A stretch of DNA of 63,486 nucleotides, the filler included, from Choristocarpus tenellus KU-1152 (lineage: Eukaryota; Protista; Phaeophyceae), in the NCBI GenBank assembly GCA_964200185.2. It is 9 parts of 9 records of this genome, joined end to end, with 100 filler letters (N's around TTAATTAATTAA, not from the genome) between each part and the next. Parts side by side here need not be neighbours in the genome. Positions count along the whole stretch, not along the records: positions 12,883 to 30,049 come from CAXNAD020000711.1; positions 30,150 to 49,062 come from CAXNAD020000506.1; 7 more parts are not named here. One strand, written 5' to 3'. The position numbers were made by a program, and so were the translations under genes. Below the pieces are notes generated by a model. That model worked only from the letters and a program-made list of their open reading frames with translations. It was not told the DNA's origin and did no database searches. Numbering within the stretch: position 1 is the stretch's first letter; the number at the start of each line of letters is the position of its first letter. This document shows, piece by piece, positions 26,769 through 38,900 of the stretch.

Positions 26769-28114
26769 GGAACAGGTTATTTTTAGTGAAACAAATCGCG
26801 GCAGGGAGAAGAATGCTCTGTGTACATAATAGTCAGGTAGGGATGTTTATAATATCATGTAAAGTACTACAAGTATATAGTTAACATGTATCTTTGTGAA
26901 GTTCTTGCAGTGGCTACTATGATGTATAGCTTGTGCAATGTTGCAGTCTGTGCTTGTTCTTGTCGGTGAAGTTTTTTACCCCTGCCCATACAACCTAGCA
27001 TCAACAGGGCTTGTTATACTTTTTTGGGGGCATTTGCAGGGCATCTCTCGAAATGGATTGAAGTCTTGTCTCTACATGTTACCAAAATATCTGGACTTCA
27101 CTCCTTGTGATGTGCTAAGGTCTTTCACTTCCATTGCCCACATGTATCCACTCCAAGTTTTCATCAGCACAGGGGATACTACTTCACCATCTGGACTATT
27201 ATTGTGTTTGCCTGGAAAAGACTCAAAACCCATGGACTAGACCCATTTTCCTTGCTGCTTGCTTTGGAGAAATCTTCAACCAATAAGAGGTGTCTGTATA
27301 CCACCTCCACCTTGATCTCTGATCCACCGACCAAGACCCTTGAAAGAAGCTCATACAGAAAGAAATCGAGTGAGTCACAACAGGGTGCTAAGGCCTTGAC
27401 AGTGAAATGTACAAAAATATGTTTTTGTGGGTAAGATGAACTATCAGAGCTGTAGGACAAACACCACACCAGCTACTCTCAGTGCAACAAGCTTGCCAGC
27501 CGCAACCACTAAGTCACCTCATGGCAACAAATATACATATAACAAGCACACATGACCGCCGGTAGAGTTAGTCCTTCATGTGACTACTACCCCACCTACA
27601 TCCAACAAGCAGAGAAAGCTATCAGAAGGCACAAGACAAAAGTGAAGGAACCATTATATATGGTAATTCTGTGCAGAAGAGCGTAACAAAACAAAAAAAC
27701 AAAGTCAGGTTTCTCTGAGAAAAACGAAATAACCACTGTTTGATGAACACAATTTCAACAGGCTGCTGTCCTTCCTCACCACCAAAGTACCTTCTAGTTG
27801 AGAGCAACTCTTAGTTCTCTGACAACATGCCAACCACAGTCCCTCGACACCATGACACAATTCCTCGTGCTTCCTCTTGAAGAAACACATACTGAGGCTG
27901 TGGCAGGATACAACTCTGACAAATTAGATCAAACTAAATGTACCCGCTACCCTCCATGAAAAGGCGTGAATCACTACAATGGCAAATAAGGCCACAAGGG
28001 ACACCAACCACCTCTATGAGTGTTACCTCCTGACTCCATTTCCCATGCCTACTTGCAGAACCATTGCCTCGTAACCCCCCACTCATGTCACACTACTATG
28101 TGGGTCCCTAATCA

Positions 28115-28998
28115 TCAGTAGTAGGAACGGCGGGGGTTATTAAGGGGGTTGGGCCGGAACCTGTATGCAAGCATCATACGCTTACGGTACTGATCAAACG
28201 CATCATCCCCTTCCTCAACCTCATGGGTCTCCTTCACGCCAACACCAGCCCCCTCAGCACTCTGGTTCATGTTTACAGGGGCCGCGGTGCCCTCTCCCTC
28301 CTTACCCAGACCTGTTCCCTCTGTCCATCTGAATCCATCAACAAAAAACAACACACGACAAAGTGGCAGCAATTGAAAATAGGAATGAGGGGAAAGCACC
28401 ATTTGGAGATCATCACCTCTGCCAATGTTAGCTATAAGAAGCGTCATCATGTGTCCTTTGAGGGACGAGGGACCAGAGACCACTGGAGATGGTCACATAC
28501 AAAAAGGAGCAACTTATCCTGAAACAGTAAAGCAGCACTAACATCAAACCAGGAGTATCCTCCACAACTTTGACCCCACTTCCTACCTCCCTTACTGCCT
28601 TCCTATACCTCCCTAAGGTCCCGGTTACTGCCATGTCCCAGGCACAAAGTATGCTGCATCCACCCACCCTCCCTACAACCCACAGTAATAGCTTTCCCTC
28701 CCCAAGATGGACAGGCCCTTTCCCAGAAGTACAAATTGTGGCACTCATAAAACTGATCCACAACCCTTCCACGGGTTTGAGAACACTCCCTTTTACAAAC
28801 CATCATGAACAGTGTGGAAAGCCGTTACCCCTTCCCAACCTACCACAAGCGCTAGTATAGAGAAACTCACCCAGCCTTCTTGAGCATTTGAAACCCAATG
28901 TTATCCTCCTCCAGCTTATTTTTGGCAAAGTCTTCCTCTGCCTCCAAGGCCTGCCCCTTCGACGCATGATCTGCCTTGTTGAGGAAGCGATCAAGCTC
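28115..28998 (-). CDS. SUGP1: SURP and G-patch domain protein 1 (splicing factor 4), last two exons
   Basis: Exons 28998-28871 and 28328-28115 (phase 2, GG|GTGAGT ... TTCAG|A). The G-patch KLEEDNIGFQMLKKAG|WTEGTGLGKEGEG is followed by the characteristic C-terminus DAFDQYRKRMMLAYRFRPNPLNNPRRSYY*. No 5' exons were found before the contig end. Confidence 0.92.
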
Positions 28999-29383
28999 CT
29001 GAAGTAGAAAAAAGAACCGAACCAAGACATGGAAATGTATAATAATGAGAGAAATTTCTCCCTAAAATCCACCCCACTACAGCTGCTGCTCGTATTCCAA
29101 TCAACAAATACATTCATATTAACATTTCAAACTCCTCAGTTTTGATCCCATTGCCTACAGACCTTTAACATTTTCGAGAATGCTTCTTATGAAACAGTAA
29201 AACAATTGGAATATGTTCGCAACTGGGACTTCTACAAAACTACTATCAAGGACCTCAGACAATACAGAGACCCTACCTTCACAGGGATTTTCATTTTTTG
29301 CGAGATACGGACAAGGGACCAATGGTTGAAAGAGTTTTGATTGCCTGTTCAGGTATTAACGGGAGGACATACACAGTGGAACA

Positions 29384-29487
29384 GGAAAGAACAATTGAAG
29401 GCGTTTCATATCACATTGTACACAGGTAGAACGTACGGAAAAGAACAATTAAAGGTGTTTTATATCACATTGTACACAGGTAGAACA
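29384..29487. repeat. ~53-bp tandem duplication (2 copies)
   Basis: GGAAAGAACAATTGAAGGCGTTTCATATCACATTGTACACAGGTAGAAC is repeated with a few substitutions. Confidence 0.85.
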
Positions 29488-30300
29488 TATGCTCTCCTAT
29501 CCAATTGCATGCAATTGCACTGAAATGAGCTAAAAAGAACTACCAAAGGGTATTCTTTCACAAAGCGCGCACTTAGGTTAGATCAACAACAGCCCCACTT
29601 AAACTAAAATGGAGAGCAAAGCCACTTCCATCTTCCAACTTCTCACTAATTCTTCGTCACTTATTCACAACTCACAAAACAAACCCTGCTAAGACAGGAC
29701 CTAGGTGCATCAAAAAGGGAGAGCCTAGTTTCTTAGAGCTAGCCCTTTGCCCAAGGTTCCTGGGCTTGAGAACAGCGCAACAATGAAGGTACTATCTAAA
29801 ACCTCCACAGAGATCCTCACTGTCCATGCATTGGATTATGACACAATGAAAAGTGTTACAAAATATGATGATGGTATAAACCAAACAGGCAAAGAAGTAG
29901 AATAGAACAAACCAATAATCCATAATAAACAAATATTTCATACTTGACTTAGTCAAGGAAGCTTTCAAGACGAGGCCGATTGAATGAAAGGACTGCAGGT
30001 ATGACAGCAAAAAGAGGATCATCACAAGATACTCTATTGACTGGGGGGGNNNNNNNNNNNNNNNNNNNNNNNNNNNNNNNNNNNNNNNNNNNNTTAATTA
30101 ATTAANNNNNNNNNNNNNNNNNNNNNNNNNNNNNNNNNNNNNNNNNNNNATATTTATTGTAACTGTCCGATAGAGTTGGAAGAGACTAATCGAACAGGAG
30201 ATGCCAATTGACCCAAGTTGTGACGCTGCCTCAAGAACAACCCTTATCAATTTCATCCAAGTGGATTATTCAGTAGTGGTAGTTCCGCCGCAGTAAGATC

Positions 30301-30526
30301 TCAGCTACTTCTCTTCAAACTCCAATCGATGTACAGTGTGAGGAACGAATGAAGCACACACTCTTTTTTGCTCTTCTTACTCTTCCCCCAAAGTAATTCG
30401 TGAAAATCTATATTGGTCAAATACTGCAGTAGAAAGGCGAGAACATAAATTCAATCATCTTTCTTCCTCTCCCATGGCTACCTATACATAGCTCACCCCA
30501 ACTGCCCGTGATAGGACACCGCCCAT
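30301..30526 (-). CDS. Possible 5' exons of an unidentified gene with an N-myristoylation-type start
   Basis: ATG at 30526 gives MGGVLSRAVG, then GGG|GTGAGC, a 73-nt intron ending CTACTGCAG, then YLTNIDFHELLWGK. The region is CpG-rich. Continuation and left boundary are uncertain. Confidence 0.3.
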
Positions 30527-31816
30527 CTCAGAACCTCTTCTGGAGAGACGCGCAACAGGAGGATCTATACCTATTCATCTTCTCCTGTATATTAATCTGT
30601 TGAAAGAAAACTCACGGGACCTCTAATACTTGTATAATCGCTTGCAAGTTTCGCTCTTCAATTGCACACAGTCACCCCCCCTCCCCGGTTTGACCTGAGT
30701 TAGTTTTGGAGTCCTGGAATTGACGCCTCCTTCGATTTTCTACCAGCTTCGAAACCGTCGTATAATAGAACGATAAATGAGATCTGGACATTGCCTTTCA
30801 CAAACGCCAATATATGTCGTGAAGGTGGATCTCATCTCCTATTCGTTAGATCTGACTAATCAAACGATCGGAATATTTTGCACTTCAATATGTCAGTACT
30901 AATGCTATCATATCCATAAGAATATATGGAGTATATACAAATATGTTCTTGGATATTTTCCATTAAATTCAGAGAGAAAGTGTAAGAGATCAAAATCACA
31001 TGAATGGAGTAATAATAGCGGTATGTACAATGTTATCGCAAGTAGGATTGATTTGGAGATTATCATACAATATATTTTGTGTGTGTTTATTTTACTATCA
31101 TACAACTATTATTACTACTCCTACTCCTGTATTACAACTACAAATTTTGTATAGTAAGAGGATTGTCATCGAATTCTTTCAAACCGATTTTCACCACCGC
31201 GAAGATTGCCATCTAATTGGTTAGTTCACGTATGACATTCAGGTGACATTGTAGTTTGGGAAAGACAGAATACGTCAAAGTAGGGTGGAACCAAGACCTC
31301 GATTTGAAATCCACAGTCAGACCCTCCCAGTCACGTAATACTACACCATTCAACTCAACTACCCCCCACAAGACTTTTACTCACTTACCGCTTCCCAATC
31401 CAACCCCATTCAACACCACTCAAAACCACTCCACAATCATCCAAGAACACCACTTAATCCATTTCATACTGTGGCTTTGAACTAGAAGACATCTACCCCG
31501 CCTAAACTTGACCTTCCCTCCCCCTCAAGGATGATTTCTATTCTAGTTCATCCCAGTATCTCCTGCTCTGGTTGTACCCAATCCTTCCTACACTCTGCCA
31601 AGCCCTTTGAAACCTACATGGGGTCTCTCTGGTTGGCCCTTAAATACCCCAAGGATGCACCCAATTTCCACCCCCCCTCCCTCTTTATTACTATCCTTTT
31701 CTCATTCAGCATCAGGTTCTTTCTTCAATAATCTCGGACATCTTCTGACCGATGCGTGTGCCTATTAGTGGAGTGGTACGTGGTGTGGGGTTGAGTGGGG
31801 TTTAAAGGTGGGGCGG

Positions 31817-32596
31817 TGACTGGATTTCAGTGGTGAAGGGGTCGCACTGGTTGGTCATCAGATGTAGGGGGTAACTAGAAACCAGCGGCTAAGGGGGTTT
31901 GCACTGATTGGTCAGCAGAGGTGGGCGGTGGCTGGAAACCAATGGTGAATGGATTCGGATTGGTTGGTCCTTGCATGGGGGGGGTGACTGGAAACCAGAT
32001 AGAAAGGGGGTTTGCATTGGTTGGTCACCAGAGGTGGGCGGTGGCTGGAAATCAAGGGCGAATGGGGTTCTCATTGGTTGGTCATTTCAGGGGGGGGGTG
32101 ACTGGAAATCAGTGGTGAAGAGATCGCACTGGTTGGTCACAAGTGGTGGCAAAATGGGGAATGAGTGGAATGCAAATTAAAAACAACAAAAATACACAAT
32201 TCGTGAGCAAAGAAAAAAGCATATTCTTAACAGAGTGGGGTTGAATGGTGTGGTGAAGCAGAAAGTAGTGGAAATTGTTGTAGGGTTGGATGGTGTGGTA
32301 CAGTGGAAAGTGGTGTGGGGTTGAGTGAGGTGAATGGTGGGGTGGAGAGGAAGGTGGTGGTGACTGGAAATCAGTGGTAAAGAGGTCGCACTGGTTGGTC
32401 AACGGATGTGGTTGATGTCTGGAAATTGGTGGCGAAGGAGTCAAACTGGTTGATCATCCAATGTTGTTGGCGGCTGGAAATCGGTGGCAAAGGGGTCACA
32501 CTGATTGGTCATTGGATGTGGTTGGTGACTGGAAATCAGTGGCAATGGGGGTTCACAGTGGTTGGTCACGGGATAGGTTGGTGACTGGAAGTCAGT
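31817..32596. repeat. 55-57 bp minisatellite in two blocks (6 + ~4.3 units)
   Basis: Units start at 31817, 31872, 31929, 31985, 32042, 32099 and at 32361, 32416, 32471, 32526, 32582. Consensus is approximately TGACTGGAAATCAGTGGYGAAGGGGTCGCACTGGTTGGTCA...GGTGG. Confidence 0.9.
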
Positions 32597-32902
32597 ACCG
32601 AGGTATTATAATGGGGGAATAGAACAGGTGGAACGCAAAAGAAGAATAATTAATAATCCAACTGTGTGTTTGATCGAAGTCAATTTCTTGCAAAGAAAAA
32701 GCCACGACTTGTCTGAGGTTCGAAGCCGGAAATTTCCACAATGAACGTAGGGTGGGTGGAGTACCACCTAAAAACCTACAAAAAAATGTTAAATATATCC
32801 TTGGTATTGCAAAAAAAACAATGTTTCCATCATCCAATTTAACAGTTCAAACGTCTAGCATCACATCACAGATTTGACAGCAAGACATGGTCGGTGTACA
32901 AT

Positions 32903-35900
32903 ATGGAGCATGAGATCCCTCCTCATAACCCAGTCATCCTCGTTACAACACGGCAATATAGGGGCTATGGGACATTATCTAACCCTGAGAAATCACCTGG
33001 AGATGAACAAAGACAATCTGCGCGACGGGGATGGGGAAAGTTTTTGGGGTTGACGGTTTTTGTGGGATTGGTAATTTCTATGACTACTGTGGCAACACTG
33101 AAGGGAGAGAGCAGCGTGTTGTGGAATTTTGGCAGTAGATCGAAACATCTAGATTCATATGGAGATTATGGTCAATCCACAATACCGCAAAGTCAAGGTC
33201 GGCTAAATGCTGCCGTCGTTGTCTCTAGTCTCAAGATAGTAATCTCTAACCAGTACCCATCCCCAGATCTTACTTTGTACCCGTGGGAGATTATAGTAGA
33301 GCCATATCGGAAGACTTTACTCTCAGCTGTTGGAGGTACTGCAGAATCAACATTTGTCTGGACGGTTAAGCTAATGGACGAAGGGAGTGCTTTTTACGAG
33401 AAAGCGACAATAAATGACCATCCTGGATCGTTCGTATCAGACCTTCAGGTTCGCATTCTCTCTAACCAATGCCCCGCGGCATATCAGTCTTTGATAGTAC
33501 CAACTTCTGCTTTAGTGAGGTGCTCTCTCTCATATCCGTGTTTTGTTCGCATCTCGCTCGATTGGTTCACAGGGTCGCGAGGTCGAAGTTATGTTTACGG
33601 ATGTGGCAGAATTGTATATAGTCACACTCACGGAATATGGAAAGGAAGGGGACATCTTGAGGAATGTGGAAGCAGAGGTCATGTGTAAGTACGTGAGGAG
33701 GGAACTGCGGGAGCTCACACAGAAAGATAGGGAGAGGTAGGTGGCAATCTCCCAGGAGAGAGTCCAACACGACCCAAAGGACGTTTCTAAGTTGTCCTAG
33801 GCAGGCACGCGCTAAATTCACATTTGGTTGATCGTGCATGCAGTATTTAACTTCAATCATAACCGTCGACTACTGAGGGCAACATGGTCGTGCCCAAGTG
33901 AATGTTGTCTGTTTTTCATAACAATAAAGTGCCAAGAAGACGCTGAGACATTCTAAGGCAATCTGGTCACGTTTCTGATGTTACAATGGTCATTTGATTA
34001 GTCGCTGAGGGGAACTAACCCCCACCCTCAATATTTGTGTTAAGGGGGAACGTAAATTTTGGACTCTATGTTATCAATGGAATTCTGTGGTGCTTTGAAA
34101 GGGCGCCTTCTTGCTAAGAACAATTCCCTCCTTTTTTTTCCACCTTTGCCAAATTTGTGCTGGTTGGCAGGTTTTTCGATGCTTTGGAGGTGTACCACAG
34201 GGTAGACCTTGATAAGGGTCGGGCTCTCTATGGAGATTTTTTTGTGAACTATGAGTCCCAAACAAGAAAGCACCTTGCAAAGATGACCCTTGATGGGTAC
34301 AGCCCCTTCCACAATGGACAGGTGTGCATCCTTCTCAGCTCAATAACTTAACATGAGAATTGAAAAATTGCCGATATGGTGCTTCAAATGGATGCAAAGG
34401 CTTATTTACTATGCTGAATAAATTGACCCAAACAGGATGCACCGTTTGTTCAATTTCTACGGGGCGAAATATTATTTTTTTGCTTAGATCTCCGATCAAC
34501 AGGAGTGGTAGAGGGAATATACATCAATTTAATATTTTAAGTATATAAATTGGTGTGGTGTGTGGTTGAGATACACATGATAACAAATGGAAGTACTGAG
34601 GAGTGAAAGACACATACAAGCAGCAACCTTTTGGCCAATGGAATCAATTGTATGCCAGTTTACCCAGTGGGATGGATGCACTTGCCTCACAATTTCCATT
34701 TCCTCAATCTCTTATTGCTTCTATGTCATTCATTTCACCACCTGTGTCACCTGTTTTATACCAACCTGGTTTGAATGTTTATAGTGTGAGGGTGTCTTTA
34801 TCCTGGACTTGAAATGGATCGCTATTCTCGCCGTCACTATCCTTCTATTTGTTTTTCGGTTTGCCTGACATGATGCAGGTGTTCATCACAGCACACTTTG
34901 CCTTTGCAAGGGAATTGGAGCTGGGATTGCAGGCTGTAGATCCTTCTATTGCCCTTCCATACTGGGAGTACACCTTGGATAAAGTCCTCTATGGTTCCAA
35001 TTGGCAGGTGCAAGGCTAGTGGGTTGGAACATTCTTGTGATATTGTGAATGATTGCTTGGAAGTATATTAGGCGTATCAGTATGACCCTACAGTCCATAT
35101 CAAGCTTGAAATCGTTTTTTAACGGCCTCCTAGTGTGAGGGTGTACATGAGGAGGATCAAGTGTCTTCGTTATTGAGAGGTTTCACCTAATTGATATTTA
35201 TTTATGGCAGCTTAACCTGCGCTTGATGTTGATGAGAACATATCCAAGCTAAGGCTATTTGGTGCTTCATTTCAAATAGTTGGAGTGGCGCTTGATACTG
35301 AGAAGGTATCCAAGATTTTTTGTAAGTTGCAGAGGTTAAGGGCTCACCCTAAGTTTTTTTGGACGGGGTAGGGTTGGATTATGTATGGAAAACTATGGCT
35401 GTTGGTTGGGCTGAGTTCAGAAAACATGTTGTACAGGTGGGGGGTGCTGCTAGTACCTCCTACTGGTAGTGCTAATTTTGCTGGCCACTCTCAGTGGAAG
35501 CTATGATGAACACTGTGCAGCTACTGAATATCCCTCTATTCAAATGTTCACCTGTTGTGTTTTTTTTCTGACCCTTTTTATCTAGTTGACACTACCCAGG
35601 TAGTTGTCTCAACATTTCGAAAAAGACGTTTGCTGTGGAGTAATGTTGAATCATAGGAGTACTGAGAGGCAGTGCCGTGGCAAAGATTGCTATCAATCAA
35701 GTCTCCCTGAGCAAACACCCCTTTACTGGCGATGCACAGCAGAAGGGCATGACAAGAGGCGTGCCATGTTGTTGATTTCAAATGTTCCTTCTTTTGGCCC
35801 GCATTTATCGTCTTTTCAGAGATTTCAACTATTTCAGGGGTGGATCTCATTTCACTATCCCCAGTTGACCTTAGATTGAGTTTTTTTACGGGGGGCGTTT

Positions 35901-38900
35901 CTTCACTTTCAGGAAGGACTTAGATTTAGAAGGTGATTCATTCTTCAAAGAGACTCCACGCAAGAGTGACGACCCTAAGCAGGAGCCTTTGCACCCCACC
36001 TTATGATGGTGCTACTTGTAGAACCTGGTTGTCATCTGTCAATCCACCTTCAATAAATGTCATCATTTCTTCTCAACAGGTGACTTCTCCCATCTTTTCT
36101 AATGCATACTTTGGTGCCTACCCGCAAGAAGAGGAAGGGGTTCACACCATCACCACTGGACGATGGGCTTATCTGCCAATACCCAAGGTGGGGGCTTCAG
36201 TCCAAAGTTATGGAAAATGCCAGTATTTATTTGGCGATACCCTAGCGATTTTGATTTTGGGTATGGGGTGTTGAATCTATGTAGGGTGTTCTACTATCTC
36301 CATCACAGAAGCCTTTGAAGAGGTTGCAATAGAAGAGGAATTTGACCTCCGATGAAATAACTTAAAAAATATATATTTTGCATAATCAACATCCAAATAT
36401 GTGTCTTAACTCTAGTTGTTGCCATCCACCTGCTACTTCAAAGCATTCAAGAATGTTTTCATTCGTACATTCAGTCTTTTTTCAAGGTGCTACAGTCAAT
36501 GCCCGTGTATACGGGGCACTGAAATTGTTGCCCCCAAGAAACTTTAAGACCAAATTTTACACCTTCGCCAGGCTGCTCTGCTATTCCCTCTCATGTATTG
36601 TGGTACCATGTTGAGCATACACTTACGAGGTCCTAAAAAACAGATATGATGTTCTGTTAACCCTGCTTTTGAGTTACCACAGCAATCTCCAGTTGTTGGT
36701 CTTGGTTCTGGTGACTGCACCAGGTGCATCACTGGGGGCTACATGTCATACATTACCTTCCTCCCCCACACACACTGAGACTTCCTCTGAACTGCAGCCT
36801 TTCTAAGAAGTTGCAGCATCCTATTATTGGACCACCACATACTGGTTGTGCAGTCAAGTCATATGTTAACAGTTCTGATCCTGCTCATGGTCCAACAGTC
36901 ACATCAAGGAGTAGTTCTTACCCGCCTCCTACTTCTTGGAGGCCTTAGCCCAGACATCCCCCTTAGTTTTGCAAATATATCGAATCCCAAGAATGGGATT
37001 GGGGTTGTGGGAAGGGTCGGTCTGGGGATGTGTTTGCAACCAGGAATATCACCTTGGGTATGTGGCTCTTATGCTTGACACTTGGAGACCATGGATGGTC
37101 TAGCGTATTGCTTGAACAAGTTTTGTTACACTCTCTGCTTATGAACGGGATGTAATGTAATGCGATGTGCTGTGATGTGATGTAATGTAATGTGATGTGA
37201 TGTAATGTAATGTAATGTAATGTAATACAATGTAATGTAATGTGATGTAATGTGATGTAATGTAATGTAATACATCATTTCGACACCATGCGACGGACTT
37301 GAGTCCCCAGGAGGAATTGCCATTGCAATACATACAACCAGATAACAATTCCCCTCTGAAAGATTTCAGGAGTTTGCCATGCATCACCTCTACAGGTCGT
37401 AATTTGCTTGTGAATAGCTCATTTTTTTCCAAACTTCACATCAATATCGACAGTGCTTTGAAACTGTGACAAGGCTGTGGCCTAGGTATTTTGGGAATGG
37501 AAGGCTTCATTTCGCCTCACCTTTATTAAGGAATCTAACAGTATCCCTCCCACACACTGATTCCTCATGCAAAATAATATACTCTTAGGGTATGTGGAGG
37601 AATTACCCTAGACGAAATTTTTTATCATAGAGCGTGGAATGATCTTATTGTTGTTGAGTACTTTAATACTTTGAAGGACTTCCTATTAGTACATATTTAG
37701 AAATCAAAGGTATAAATACACAGTTGCAGTAACTTCATGTTTAAATGCCATTCTGAAAACTGTGTAGATAACTACTGCTGATATCCACAAGACCATTTTT
37801 TTTTAATGTAAGATAGTGATAATTGTATTTATTTTCAAATCGAAATAGGTCATGTAGGATGTAGGGTTAGGGTTACTGCAATGGTCACAATCCACCAAGC
37901 ACAGCTTCATTGCAGTTCTAAACAGAGGAACCGGACCCTGCATGTTCACCAGCCATGGACTGCCCAATATATAGAATATACGCCTAGATTCAAGTGTGTG
38001 CATGTGGACTATGCATGTTGAACAAAATCATGACGATAGTTCACGATTTGTTGTTTTGCTGCCACACTCCTGATGGGTAGCTTCTGTCACTGTCCAGCCC
38101 CCTTCCCATCGTCCCACCAGGGTCATTGCTAACAACCGGTCCTTACTTCTCTAACAACCAGTCCTTGCTTCTCTTGCGCCTTTACCCTTCCTTCACGCTT
38201 CGCACATGATACATGCGGGTAGAACTTCTCAATGCCAGAGCGAAATGCCTATGGTCGTCTAACCGACTCCGTCAATCCGGATCCCAGTGGGTAAGTTCGG
38301 CGGCCCTTGAGTGTTTAGTCCATGTGCACGGAAGATACTACATTGCAGTAGGGTGTATACGTGCTTGTCAGTGTGGTGCCACTTCCTTTCTAAAAGTAGG
38401 ACTCACTTAGTATTATTCGGACCCTAAGCGCATACACCAGGCCTTGAAATATCTGTTGAATGTGACTTGAGTATCCTAGAGATGTCGTACGTTGTTATCC
38501 TGTGGTTAAAAGTAGGCAGTTTGAATGCACAGCTTTCTGCTGTTTTGTCATGGGTCTATGTGCAATAACATGTTGTACTAGTACCACTAGAATGTGCACC
38601 AGGACCACGTGCGCATGCCTAAGTACTAGGCCTTTTTTTGGCGCATGCTCATCCTATTCAGTCCATTTTTTCCCCTCTTGTGTGTGCTGAACCCTACTGC
38701 TTACTACCTCCACCTACTTTTGTGTTCAAAATATGTGAGACATGCTGTGTAACTTGTATGGAATGGTCATCGGAGATAGGCTGACTCGGCACTGTGCCTG
38801 GTTATTAATTGCGTCGTATTTTTTCTTGTATAAGGAACCCAATATGCTGAAGGAAGACAAGACTAGTTAATACATCACTCGGTATAGATTGTCGTATCCC

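Noticed and set aside
31817-32596. Possible CRISPR-like array (conserved boxes with variable intervals)
   Set aside because: The variable parts are homologous between units, there are no unique spacers or cas genes, and the context is eukaryotic. It is a diverged minisatellite.
37126-37432. His/Ile/Thr/Tyr-repeat ORFs
   Set aside because: Translation of the (ATGTR)n microsatellite.
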